Part shown: piece by piece, positions 17,752 to 26,321 of the stretch
Layout: every line of letters begins with the position of its first letter
Position numbering within the stretch: the first letter of the stretch is position 1
Assembly: GCA_027624915.1 (NCBI GenBank)
Contig: JAQBTR010000002.1
Location: 30,802-94,801 of the forward strand
Reading direction: 5' to 3'
From: a bacterium
GTDB lineage: Bacteria > Patescibacteriota > Minisyncoccia > Ryanbacterales > GWA2-47-10b
Length of the DNA stretch: 64,000 nt
The notes under the pieces: generated by a model
What the model was told of the DNA's origin: nothing
Databases searched by the model: none
The model's input: the letters and a program-made list of their open reading frames with translations, nothing else
Program-made: the position numbers and the translations under genes

Positions 17752-18972
17752 ATGGAAGACCTCAATAAATCACAACTTGTACTACTTTTTATTCTTGTAA
17801 GCGTTGTTGTCTCATTTACAACGGCTATTGTGACCGCAGCACTTTATGAACAAGCACCAGTTACCTCAATTGGACAGACAATACAGAGGGTTGTAGAAAG
17901 GGTGGTACCCATTGAGAAAGATAACACCAAAATAGTGTCCGAGGAGGATAAGATAGTACGGGTTGTAGAGGAGGTATCTCCGGCTGTAGTCAGTATTATT
18001 GCCTCAAAGGATCTTCCAGTCCTTGAGCAATGTATGGTGTCTCCATTTGGAGATGGTGACGTATTTCGTCAGTTTTTCCCCGAGCTTTTGGTTCCAAGAC
18101 TCTGTGAACGTGGAACTGAGCACAGACAAGTTTCATCTGGCTCTGGTTTTATTGTTGGGGAGGATGGACTTATAGTTACCAACCGTCACGTAGTAAAAGA
18201 TACAGAAGCTACCTACACAGCAATCCTAAATGACGGTCGCCAGTTTGAGGCGACAATTCTCGCACGAGACCCACTTGAGGATTTGGCACTGCTATCTATA
18301 GATGGAGACGGATTTTCACACTTAACTCTTGGAAATTCTAATGATGTTCGCGCTGGTCAAAGTGTCATTGCCATTGGTAATGCACTTGGAGAATTTAATA
18401 ATACAGTTTCCGTTGGAGTTGTTTCTGGTTTGCGCAGGACCATTGTTGCAGGGGGTGAAGAATTCCGTTCACTCATTCAGACAGATGCCGCTATTAATCC
18501 AGGAAATTCAGGTGGGCCACTTCTTAATCTTTCAGGACAGGTTATAGGTGTTAATACGGCCGTTGCATCAAATGCAGAAAATATTGGTTTTGCTCTACCA
18601 TCACGGATAGTCCAGAAAGATATATACGACTTAGAAAAACATGGTCGCATCGTCTACCCATACTTGGGTGTTAGGTACCGTATTCTGACGAATGAAGTTA
18701 AGGATGAACTTGGCCTACCTGTAAACTATGGAGCACTTATTGTAAGTGGAGAGAGTGGAGAGCAAGCCATATCACCTGGTTCACCGGCAGCCACATCTGG
18801 GATGAAGATTGGTGATATACTATTAGAGATAGCAAGTGAGCGCATCACACGCGATAATCCTCTTGCTGAGATTCTGCAAAAGAAGTCAATAGGTGAGAAT
18901 ATATCAATTAAGCTCCTCCGTGGAGATGAGGAAATAACAATACAACTAGCATTAGGAGAAAGAAAATTTTAA
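17752..18972 (+). CDS. htrA: HtrA/DegP-family serine protease with PDZ
   Basis: TM anchor, GSGF, TNRHVV, QTDAAINPGNSGGPL, PDZ domain. Confidence 0.93.
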   Translation: MEDLNKSQLVLLFILVSVVVSFTTAIVTAALYEQAPVTSIGQTIQRVVERVVPIEKDNTKIVSEEDKIVRVVEEVSPAVVSIIASKDLPVLEQCMVSPFGDGDVFRQFFPELLVPRLCERGTEHRQVSSGSGFIVGEDGLIVTNRHVVKDTEATYTAILNDGRQFEATILARDPLEDLALLSIDGDGFSHLTLGNSNDVRAGQSVIAIGNALGEFNNTVSVGVVSGLRRTIVAGGEEFRSLIQTDAAINPGNSGGPLLNLSGQVIGVNTAVASNAENIGFALPSRIVQKDIYDLEKHGRIVYPYLGVRYRILTNEVKDELGLPVNYGALIVSGESGEQAISPGSPAATSGMKIGDILLEIASERITRDNPLAEILQKKSIGENISIKLLRGDEEITIQLALGERKF

Positions 18973-19106
18973 TTCACCCGCCAAAACTTTTAAGAATAAA
19001 AGGTCAACATGAAAACACATATTAACCAAACAATCAGAATTGCACACAAAGCAGAACAATGTAATACTGCGCTTTTAGCGATTCTTAAAAGTTTAGAAGG
19101 GTAAAT
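18972..19106. repeat. Fold-back element filling the htrA-clpB intergenic space
   Basis: Perfect 14-bp IR AAACTTTTAAGAAT (18984-18997) / ATTCTTAAAAGTTT (19081-19094) plus imperfect ATTCACCC/GGGTAAAT. Confidence 0.7.
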
Positions 19107-21819
19107 GCCACCATTTGGAAATAACAACGGTAATCATAGTAACCCATTCAACAACTTCACCATTAAGGCGCAGGAGTCACTTAAACGTGCTCATGATTTG
19201 GCGATTGAACGAGGACAGTCCTCTTTGGGCGCGCTACATCTTTTAGCATCTCTTTTGTTGCAAGAAGAAGGTGTGATTAGTGCCGTATTAGAACGTCTTG
19301 AGATAGATTATATTCAGTTTTCTGATATAGTTTTGGATATTTTGGACGAGCGCAAGGGGACATTCGTTTTAACACCAAATCAGCAGTTTTATCTTACTCC
19401 AGAACTTGCACGAATTATTGAAGCTGCACACAAGTCAGCTAACTTCTTGAAGGATGAATATATTTCAACAGAGCACTTGTTCCTCGGTCTCTTGGAGGTT
19501 CCATCAAAGGCAAAGGAGATTCTTGAAAAGTTTAAAATTGAACGCGAGGATGTATTAAAAGCTCTTCAATCAATTCGTGGTGCGCAACATGTAACTGATG
19601 AAAATCCAGAAGCTAAGTATCAGGTTCTTGAGAAGTATGCACGCAACCTAACTGATATGGCGCGCGAGGATAAGCTTGACCCCGTTATTGGAAGAGACGA
19701 AGAAATTCGACGCGTTGTGCAGGTTCTTTCTCGCCGAACCAAAAATAATCCAGTGCTTATAGGTGAAGCTGGTGTTGGTAAGACGGCCATTGTAGATGCT
19801 ATTGCTCAACGTATTGTTGCTGATGACGTTCCAGAAAGTTTACGTGGCAAAGAAGTCGTCTCATTGGATCTTGGTTCACTTGTTGCAGGTACAAAATATC
19901 GAGGTGAATTTGAAGAGCGACTCAAGGCAGTCATGAAAGAAATTCAACGATCCAATGGGCAAATTCTTTTGTTTATTGATGAGTTACATACTCTTGTTGG
20001 CGCGGGGGCGGCGGAAGGTGCAATGGATGCTTCAAACATGTTGAAACCAGCTCTTTCACGTGGTGAACTTCGAGTTGTTGGCGCCACTACCTTAAAGGAG
20101 TATCAAAAGTATATTGAAAAAGATCCAGCGCTCACGCGTCGGTTTCAGCCGGTGTATGTTGAAGAGCCAGCCGTTGAGGATGCGATTGCAATTCTTCGTG
20201 GTCTCAAGGAAAAATATGAACTTCATCATGGAATAAAAATTACCGATTCTGCTATTCGATATTCTGTAGAACTTTCACGACGGTATATCACAGATCGGTT
20301 TTTGCCAGATAAAGCTGTAGATCTCATGGATGAGGCGGCAAGTAGTTTGCGGTTGGATCTTGAAAGTATGCCAACAGATCTTGAGAGTGTGCGACGCAAT
20401 ATCATGAGACTTGAGATTGAAAAAGAAGCGATGAAAAAAGATGGTAAGTCTAATCGCTCAATGTCTAAGCTTAATAAAGAACTTGAAACTCTCAAGGAAG
20501 AGTGTGAGAGTTTGGAAGAAAAGTGGACAAATGAAAAGGAAACCATTATGCGTATTCGCGAAATAGGCAAGGATTTAGAACGGTTACGACAAGAATCTGA
20601 TACTGCGGAACGAGACGCCGATTATAGTAAGGTGGCGGAGATTCGTTACGGTCGTATTCCGACTCTTTCTCAGTCTTTGGATGGTGAAGAAAAACGACTT
20701 AAAAAACTTCAGAATGATCGTCGTATGATTAAAGAAGAGGTTGGTCCAGAAGAGATTGCACGAGTTGTTCAGCGATGGACTGGCATTCCTGTTGAACGAA
20801 TGCTTGAAGAAGAGTCAGCAAAGCTGATGGCAATGGAGGACGAGCTCAAAAAACGAGTTGTGGGTCAGGACGCAGCAATCAAAGAAATCTCAAGTGCAAT
20901 AAGGCGCTCTCGAGCTGGTATAAGCGAAGAAGATCGACCTATCGGCTCATTTATGTTTTTGGGCCCAACCGGTGTAGGTAAAACTGAACTAGCACGCACA
21001 TTGGCAGGTTTTCTATTTAACGATGAGAAATCACTTGTACATATTGATATGTCCGAGTACATGGAAAAACATTCTGTTTCTAAATTTATTGGTTCACCAC
21101 CAGGATATGTTGGACACGATGAAGGAGGACAGTTAACGGAAACCGTGCGACATCGACCATATTCGGTTTTGCTTTTTGACGAGATTGAAAAAGCACATCC
21201 AGAAGTATTTAATATAATGCTTCAAATTCTTGATAATGGACGATTGACCGATGCCAAAGGACGTCACGTAAACTTCAAAAATACAATAATAATCATGACT
21301 TCAAACATTGGTTCTGAACTTGTTTTTGAAATGGGCAAGGTTGGTTTTCAATTGCTCGAGGAAGACGCTGACCATAAGACAAAACAAACAGAACTTCAGG
21401 ATAAAATTCGTAAAGCACTTGAGCAACGATTTCGACCTGAGTTTTTAAACCGACTTGATGGAGTCGTGGTCTTTAATTCTCTTGGTGCGAGTGAGCTAAC
21501 ACATATTGTTGATATACAGATCGAACGTGTTCGTACAAGACTTGAGAAAAAAGGTATCTCTCTCTCACTGACCACACAGGCAAAAGAGCTTTTGGTTAAG
21601 CAGGGGAATAATAAGTTTTATGGCGCACGACCACTGAAGCGGACCATCCAAAAAGAGCTCTTAAATCCCTTGGCAGAAATGCTTGTCAGTGGTAAGATGC
21701 GTGATGGCGCTACGATTACCATCGGTGTGCTTGATGGTAAATTCGTTTTTAAAACAAAACCAGCACGTAAAGTTGTATCACGTACAAAGACAAAGAAGCG
21801 TGTGATAAGCGCCAAATAA
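19105..21819 (+). CDS. clpB: Chaperone ClpB
   Basis: Clp N domain, two AAA+ modules ([16 protein letters not shown]), long coiled-coil M domain. Confidence 0.93.
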   Translation: MPPFGNNNGNHSNPFNNFTIKAQESLKRAHDLAIERGQSSLGALHLLASLLLQEEGVISAVLERLEIDYIQFSDIVLDILDERKGTFVLTPNQQFYLTPELARIIEAAHKSANFLKDEYISTEHLFLGLLEVPSKAKEILEKFKIEREDVLKALQSIRGAQHVTDENPEAKYQVLEKYARNLTDMAREDKLDPVIGRDEEIRRVVQVLSRRTKNNPVLIGEAGVGKTAIVDAIAQRIVADDVPESLRGKEVVSLDLGSLVAGTKYRGEFEERLKAVMKEIQRSNGQILLFIDELHTLVGAGAAEGAMDASNMLKPALSRGELRVVGATTLKEYQKYIEKDPALTRRFQPVYVEEPAVEDAIAILRGLKEKYELHHGIKITDSAIRYSVELSRRYITDRFLPDKAVDLMDEAASSLRLDLESMPTDLESVRRNIMRLEIEKEAMKKDGKSNRSMSKLNKELETLKEECESLEEKWTNEKETIMRIREIGKDLERLRQESDTAERDADYSKVAEIRYGRIPTLSQSLDGEEKRLKKLQNDRRMIKEEVGPEEIARVVQRWTGIPVERMLEEESAKLMAMEDELKKRVVGQDAAIKEISSAIRRSRAGISEEDRPIGSFMFLGPTGVGKTELARTLAGFLFNDEKSLVHIDMSEYMEKHSVSKFIGSPPGYVGHDEGGQLTETVRHRPYSVLLFDEIEKAHPEVFNIMLQILDNGRLTDAKGRHVNFKNTIIIMTSNIGSELVFEMGKVGFQLLEEDADHKTKQTELQDKIRKALEQRFRPEFLNRLDGVVVFNSLGASELTHIVDIQIERVRTRLEKKGISLSLTTQAKELLVKQGNNKFYGARPLKRTIQKELLNPLAEMLVSGKMRDGATITIGVLDGKFVFKTKPARKVVSRTKTKKRVISAK

Positions 21820-21823
21820 ACGC

Positions 21824-21843
21824 GCGAGTGGCGGGGTGGAAAT
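21824..21843 (+). repeat. Partial 5' duplicate of tRNA-Tyr
   Basis: GCGAGTGGCGGGGTGGA vs tRNA GCGAGTGGCGGAGTGGA (16/17). Confidence 0.65.
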
Positions 21844-21868
21844 CAGGATATAAAGATATTATATACAT

Positions 21869-21954
21869 GGGCGAGTGGCGGAGTGGACAATCGCAGCAGA
21901 CTGTAAATCTGCCGGCTACGGCCTACAGGGGTTCGAATCCCTTCTCGCCCACCA
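21869..21954 (+). tRNA. tRNA-Tyr(GTA)
   Basis: GGGCGAG/CTCGCCC acceptor, CTGTAAA loop, long variable arm, CCA. Confidence 0.96.
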
Positions 21955-22027
21955 AAGTTGTAAGCAAAGCTTGCAACGTCTTCACTCGGGATGAGACAAT
22001 ATGCCAGCACATTTCTATTCCTCACTC

Positions 22028-22103
22028 GCCGTTGTAGCTCAGTTGGTAGAGCATTCCCATGGTAAGGGAAAGGTCACCGGTTCAATCCCGGTCAACGGCT
22101 CCA
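22028..22103 (+). tRNA. tRNA-Thr(GGT)
   Basis: GCCGTTG/CAACGGC acceptor, ATGGTAA loop, CCA. Confidence 0.95.
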
Positions 22104-22146
22104 CCTACATATTTACAAATACTTAGTTTTATAGTACCATCCTCCC

Positions 22147-22305
22147 ATGCCACAACCGAATCTAATCAGACTCAAATGTAGCGAATGCAAGCGATATAAT
22201 TACTATGCGCACAAGAATATTCGGCGTGTAGAAAAAAAACTTGAACTCAAAAAGCACTGTAAGTGGTGCAAGACACATACTTCTCACAAAGAAAATAAGA
22301 AGTGA
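22147..22305 (+). CDS. rpmG: 50S ribosomal protein L33 (Zn type); not in ORF track
   Basis: Manual translation MPQPNLIRLKCSECKRYNYYAHKN...KLELKKHCKWCKTHTSHKENKK. Confidence 0.93.
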   Translation: MPQPNLIRLKCSECKRYNYYAHKNIRRVEKKLELKKHCKWCKTHTSHKENKK

Positions 22306-22333
22306 AAAAAGGAGCCCTCAAGAGGGCTCTTTT
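22305..22333. terminator. Bidirectional terminator
   Basis: A-tract, GAGCCCTC-AA-GAGGGCTC, T-tract. Confidence 0.7.
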
Positions 22334-22336
22334 GGT

Positions 22337-22897
22337 TTATTGTTTCTGGTTATTCTCAGCTTCTTCGGCTCTTAGCTTGCGCTCAAGGTCAAGCAGAAGT
22401 GATAGCTCATATCGATCACGCTGATGATCTGGATCTGGAGCTTCCATCTCTCCCCGTAGAAATTCTAGGACGAGTTGCGTACAGATTTCAGAAATTTTTT
22501 CTGGCTCTATTGTGATGCCGGCTTTCTCTAGACTAGCACGATGCTCGACAAGAAATATTTGTAATTCTTCTTCATGACGCTTGAGCACTTCATCTCCATC
22601 TACAATGAAGTTTTCAATGGCGGCATGGTCTTCCGGACTCAGTGGAATCTCATCATGAGTTTCTGCAGGGTCGTCATGACGGAAAATTGATGCAAACGAT
22701 AGAAACTTATTACCTCCAGGTCCCTCTTCGTGTTGTTCAGCTCTTTGCTCTTCAAACGCCCCTCTTGGAGAGAGGCGATTGATACGCCTGGATAGACCAA
22801 GAAGTAACTCTTCAGTCTGAGTCATCTCTCTTTCCTCCATTAGGTCTTCAGGTTGTTCCGGCCCTTCCCTCATGTTTGAATTCATTGTAACTCTCAA
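22337..22897 (-). CDS. Hypothetical acidic protein
   Basis: Up to 186 aa, Glu-rich; start uncertain. Confidence 0.55.
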   Translation of the reverse strand: MRVTMNSNMREGPEQPEDLMEEREMTQTEELLLGLSRRINRLSPRGAFEEQRAEQHEEGPGGNKFLSFASIFRHDDPAETHDEIPLSPEDHAAIENFIVDGDEVLKRHEEELQIFLVEHRASLEKAGITIEPEKISEICTQLVLEFLRGEMEAPDPDHQRDRYELSLLLDLERKLRAEEAENNQKQ

Positions 22898-22966
22898 TTT
22901 TTATATTGCAATAGGAGTCGACTAATCTGTCAAAGTGTGGTACGGATGTGTGTGGAGGTGTACACC

Positions 22967-23227
22967 ATGAATGGTGGAGCCATAATCGATATGTCACCTA
23001 ACAGGCCGATTGGTATCGATGCCGCATATTGTACAGGTCAGCTACAAGATGTTATTGCCGATCCTAAGGCCTTTTCAGAAGAACTCGGTCTATCTCTATC
23101 AGCTGTCTATAACTACTTAAATGGACGTATTCCAACATTGGATGTAATGTTTCGTATTGCGCAATTTTGTGATCGACCGATTGAGTCTTTTTTGGTCCGC
23201 CAACCCAGAGATGGAGGTACAGGTTAG
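22967..23227 (+). CDS. Cro/CI (XRE)-type HTH protein
   Basis: GGAGG SD; FSEELGLSLSAVYNYLNGRIPTLDVMFRIA. Confidence 0.75.
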   Translation: MNGGAIIDMSPNRPIGIDAAYCTGQLQDVIADPKAFSEELGLSLSAVYNYLNGRIPTLDVMFRIAQFCDRPIESFLVRQPRDGGTG

Positions 23228-23229
23228 TA

Positions 23230-23610
23230 ATGAATGCTACGGGATCTGCTTTCATTCGCAACGAGACGGTTTCATTCGCTATCGATACTAGATATCTGGC
23301 CGATAGAATGCGGGAAGTTGTCAGAGACGAACCAAAAGCGTTCGCCTATGGTACAGGTATTTCACTTTCAGCGGTTTACAACTACATGAATGGGCGAGTC
23401 CCAACAACTGATGTTCTTTTTCGAATCGCAAAATACACTCGTCGTCCAATGGAATGGTTCCTTGATCCAGAATTTGAAGAAGAACCCACTAAGACCAAAG
23501 TAAGTAATGGGCACGAGAGCAATATGGAACGCTTTCCGTTTTCTTCGTCAGATCGGCCAACGCTGGTACAGTCTGACTCACAAGGCAGACAATATTGGGA
23601 GACTCAGTGA
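23230..23610 (+). CDS. Cro/CI (XRE)-type HTH protein, paralog of upstream gene
   Basis: FAYGTGISLSAVYNYMNGRVPTTDVLFRIA; GGAGG SD. Confidence 0.78.
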   Translation: MNATGSAFIRNETVSFAIDTRYLADRMREVVRDEPKAFAYGTGISLSAVYNYMNGRVPTTDVLFRIAKYTRRPMEWFLDPEFEEEPTKTKVSNGHESNMERFPFSSSDRPTLVQSDSQGRQYWETQ

Positions 23611-23659
23611 CCTCACATATGAGGTCTTTTTTTATACTCAAAATAAAGTATAATGTCGG

Positions 23660-23782
23660 GTACTATAAGAAATATGGGGGTATAAGCTCAATGGGTTTAA
23701 GCTCCGGGGGAGCTTTAACGGGAAATGTAGTGAGTTTACGAACGTAAAGCATTTCCCCAGGTCGCGTGATAGGCGCGACCTG
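23660..23782 (+). repeat. tRNA-5'-derived three-hairpin cassette upstream of tRNA-Trp
   Basis: Degenerate copy of the tRNA-Trp leader and 5' end, then GTTTAAGCTCC/GGAGCTTTAAC, GGGAAATG/CATTTCCC and CAGGTCGCG-TGATAGG-CGCGACCTG; homologous to 32545-32648. Confidence 0.85.
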
Positions 23783-23806
23783 CTGGTCATAGTACTATGG
23801 AAATAT

Positions 23807-23880
23807 GGGAGATTAGTTAAGTGGTATAACATCGGTCTCCAAAACCGAGGTCGGGGGTTCAATTCCCTCATCTCCCGCCA
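23807..23880 (+). tRNA. tRNA-Trp(CCA)
   Basis: GGGAGAT/ATCTCCC acceptor, CTCCAAA loop, CCA end. Confidence 0.95.
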
Positions 23881-23884
23881 AAAC

Positions 23885-24244
23885 ATGGATACAGAAAAAC
23901 AAAAATATACATGGCAAGAGTTTGATGAGGATGTGAACTTACTTGCAGAAAAAATAAAAGCCACCAATAAAAAATTTGATGGCATTTATGGTATCCCAAG
24001 AGGAGGTCTACCAATAGCTGTAGCATTATCTCATCGACTTGATTTACCCATGCTTATGGGTGGTGCCAACGAAAAAACACTCGTTGTTGATGACATCGCG
24101 GATTCTGGCTCGACACTAAAGCCATATAGAGATAGAAAATCAACGATTGTTACAGTTTTTTATCACCCCTCAAGTACTACAGAGCCAAATATATGGCTTA
24201 GAAATAAGGAACAGAAGTGGATTGTGTTTCCATGGGAGTCGTAA
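23885..24244 (+). CDS. Purine phosphoribosyltransferase-like (type I PRTase)
   Basis: GIPRGG, VVDDIADSGSTL PRPP motif and WIVFPWE. Confidence 0.85.
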   Translation: MDTEKQKYTWQEFDEDVNLLAEKIKATNKKFDGIYGIPRGGLPIAVALSHRLDLPMLMGGANEKTLVVDDIADSGSTLKPYRDRKSTIVTVFYHPSSTTEPNIWLRNKEQKWIVFPWES

Positions 24245-24258
24245 TAGAATAAGCTCCG

Positions 24259-25671
24259 ATGATACGTGATGGACTTACATTCAATGATGTACTCTTGGTT
24301 CCAAAAAAGTCTGAGGTTTTTTCAAGAAAGGATATTGATACCAAGGCGTACTTAACACGACTCGTATCTATACATGTACCAATTGTCAGTGCAAACATGG
24401 ATTCTGTTACAGAATTTCAAATGGCACGAGCAATGGCAGAAAACGGTGGAATTGGAATAATCCATCGTTTTTTGTCTATTGAAGATCAGGTAGAGGAGGT
24501 TGCAAAAGTAAAGCGCGCAGAAAATACTGTCATCGAGGATCCGTACACCGTTCACCCTGATTACACTCTTTTTGATGCAAGGCGTTTTATGGAGAGCAAG
24601 TCCATATCTGGTGCCATTGTTGTAGATGACAAAAAGAAACTTGTTGGTATTATTACATCGCGAGATTTGCTTTTTGAACAAGACGACAGGAAACTTGTTA
24701 AGAATGTAATGACTCAAAAGGTGATTACAGGTGAGCCACGAATCTCACTCGATAAGGCAATTGATCTTTTGCATACTCATAGAATTGAAAAACTGCCACT
24801 CGTAACTAAAGCCGGAACATTACGAGGGCTTATTACACTTAAGGATGTTTTAAAGCGGATAAAGTATCCTCATTCTTCTAAGGATAAAAAGGGGAGACTC
24901 ATGGTGGGAGCTGCTGTTGGTGTTAAGGATGATACTTTAAAACGTACTGATGCTCTGTTACGTGCAGGGGTAGATATTATTGTTGTAGATATAGCACATG
25001 GACACAATACGCGAGCGATTACTACAACCAAGCAGATAAAAAGAAAGTTTGGTAAAAAATGTCAACTTATCGCAGGAAATGTTGCAACGCCACGTGCTGC
25101 TGAAGACTTAATAAAAGCAGGCGCTGATGGAATTAAGGTTGGCATTGGGCCAGGGGCGGCGTGTACCACGCGTATAGTAACCGGTGTTGGAGTCCCACAA
25201 CTGACAGCAATACAAGACGTTATTTCAGTGACGAAGAAGTTAAAGATTCCAATCATAGCTGATGGTGGTATTGGTAATTCGGGAGATTTTGCCAAGGCAA
25301 TAGCAGCTGGTGCACAAACAGCAATGATAGGTAGTTTGCTCGCAGGATGTGAAGAATCTCCAGGTGAATACGTTATGGAAAATGGTTCCGCATACAAACA
25401 CTACCGAGGCATGGCGAGCTATGAGGCGAGCTCTGAAAAGGTTCGTATTGATGGCGGTGGCAAAGATGGTTTTTGGCGAGCACCAGAGGGTAGGTCCGGC
25501 AAAGTTCCATACCGTGGTAAAACCTCAGGTGTTTTAAATGATCTCATGGCAGGATTGCGTAGCAGCATGAGCTATCTTGGTGCACATAATTTAAGTGAGT
25601 TTTCAAAAAACGCAGAGTTCATAAAAATGTCTCCATCTGGCATGAAAGAGTCAGATACGCGTCTTGACTAG
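24259..25671 (+). CDS. guaB: IMP dehydrogenase
   Basis: LTFNDVLLVP, SANMDSVTE, CBS pair, VDIAHGH, GIGPGAACTTR and YRGMAS. Confidence 0.9.
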   Translation: MIRDGLTFNDVLLVPKKSEVFSRKDIDTKAYLTRLVSIHVPIVSANMDSVTEFQMARAMAENGGIGIIHRFLSIEDQVEEVAKVKRAENTVIEDPYTVHPDYTLFDARRFMESKSISGAIVVDDKKKLVGIITSRDLLFEQDDRKLVKNVMTQKVITGEPRISLDKAIDLLHTHRIEKLPLVTKAGTLRGLITLKDVLKRIKYPHSSKDKKGRLMVGAAVGVKDDTLKRTDALLRAGVDIIVVDIAHGHNTRAITTTKQIKRKFGKKCQLIAGNVATPRAAEDLIKAGADGIKVGIGPGAACTTRIVTGVGVPQLTAIQDVISVTKKLKIPIIADGGIGNSGDFAKAIAAGAQTAMIGSLLAGCEESPGEYVMENGSAYKHYRGMASYEASSEKVRIDGGGKDGFWRAPEGRSGKVPYRGKTSGVLNDLMAGLRSSMSYLGAHNLSEFSKNAEFIKMSPSGMKESDTRLD

Positions 25672-25673
25672 CC

Positions 25674-25770
25674 ACAAAAAAACAAAATTCCTGTTCCATA
25701 CGATCTAAGCCAGCTAGCAATGTTTCGGGACGCTCAATCAGAAGTATGAACACAAATTTTGTTTTTTTGT
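25674..25770. other. Fold-back element with CGATCTAAGCCAGC-N16-CGCTCAATCAGAAG core (copy 2)
   Basis: Perfect 16-bp IR ACAAAAAAACAAAATT/AATTTTGTTTTTTTGT; motifs at 25701-25714 and 25731-25744. Confidence 0.8.
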
Positions 25771-25853
25771 AGTTAGCAAACGCTTGACTAGATACATATT
25801 TTAAGTTAATTTACTTGCGGACAAGGAGGTACTTATGGCACATAATTCCTGGA

Positions 25854-26147
25854 ATGAACATCGTATATCGTATTCGGGACCTACGCTCACGTCTTAATTT
25901 TACTCAAAAAGAGATAACTCCTTTACTTGGAATTATGCGTTGTACTTTTAATCGATGGGAGAATGGTCACTCGGATCCTCTACCCTTCAACTGTATTACA
26001 ATTTACAATCTTGCCAGCCCACCCGCTGAAGATGCTACACATGGTAATGGTAGAATGCCAGCTTATCTCGATGCAGGGCCACACTTCCCTGTAGATGGAG
26101 AAGTTTTCTATCCTCGAGAAAGTGAACTCGCCACAAATACAGGATAG
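25854..26147 (+). CDS. XRE-family HTH protein (5' end possibly frameshifted)
   Basis: IRDLR..LNFTQKE...LG....TFNRWENG..P; the strong SD precedes an out-of-frame ATG at 25835. Confidence 0.6.
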   Translation: MNIVYRIRDLRSRLNFTQKEITPLLGIMRCTFNRWENGHSDPLPFNCITIYNLASPPAEDATHGNGRMPAYLDAGPHFPVDGEVFYPRESELATNTG

Positions 26148-26281
26148 CAAGATGATTCCTGCTTGCGCGTTAAGTGGTCATCAGCGAGCTCTCAATATGC
26201 AAATTTTGATTGCAGCCATGGTGAAAGCATTAGCCCAAAATTCAAGCGAAGTACAATATTCAAAGAGACGAAATAAGTAGT

Positions 26282-26306
26282 ACCTGCCCACACGGGCAGG
26301 TTTTTT
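26282..26306 (+). terminator. Intrinsic terminator
   Basis: ACCTGCCC-ACAC-GGGCAGGT + T-tract. Confidence 0.75.
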
Positions 26307-26321
26307 GTTACAATCAAAATC

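Noticed and set aside
19031..19039. Third copy of the 14-N16-14 element (CAATCAGAA)
   Set aside because: Only 9 nt match and the partner motif is absent.
21798..21812. TGATAAG-loop hairpin like the tRNA cassette module
   Set aside because: Only a 3-bp stem and it lies inside the clpB coding sequence; likely chance.
21828..22037. Short ORFs over tRNA-Tyr (similar ones at 11379-11618 and 23638-23985)
   Set aside because: Shadow ORFs across tRNA genes.
22337..26147. Prophage based on three XRE/Cro genes
   Set aside because: No structural, replication, lysis or integrase genes; interspersed with tRNA-Trp, PRTase and guaB.
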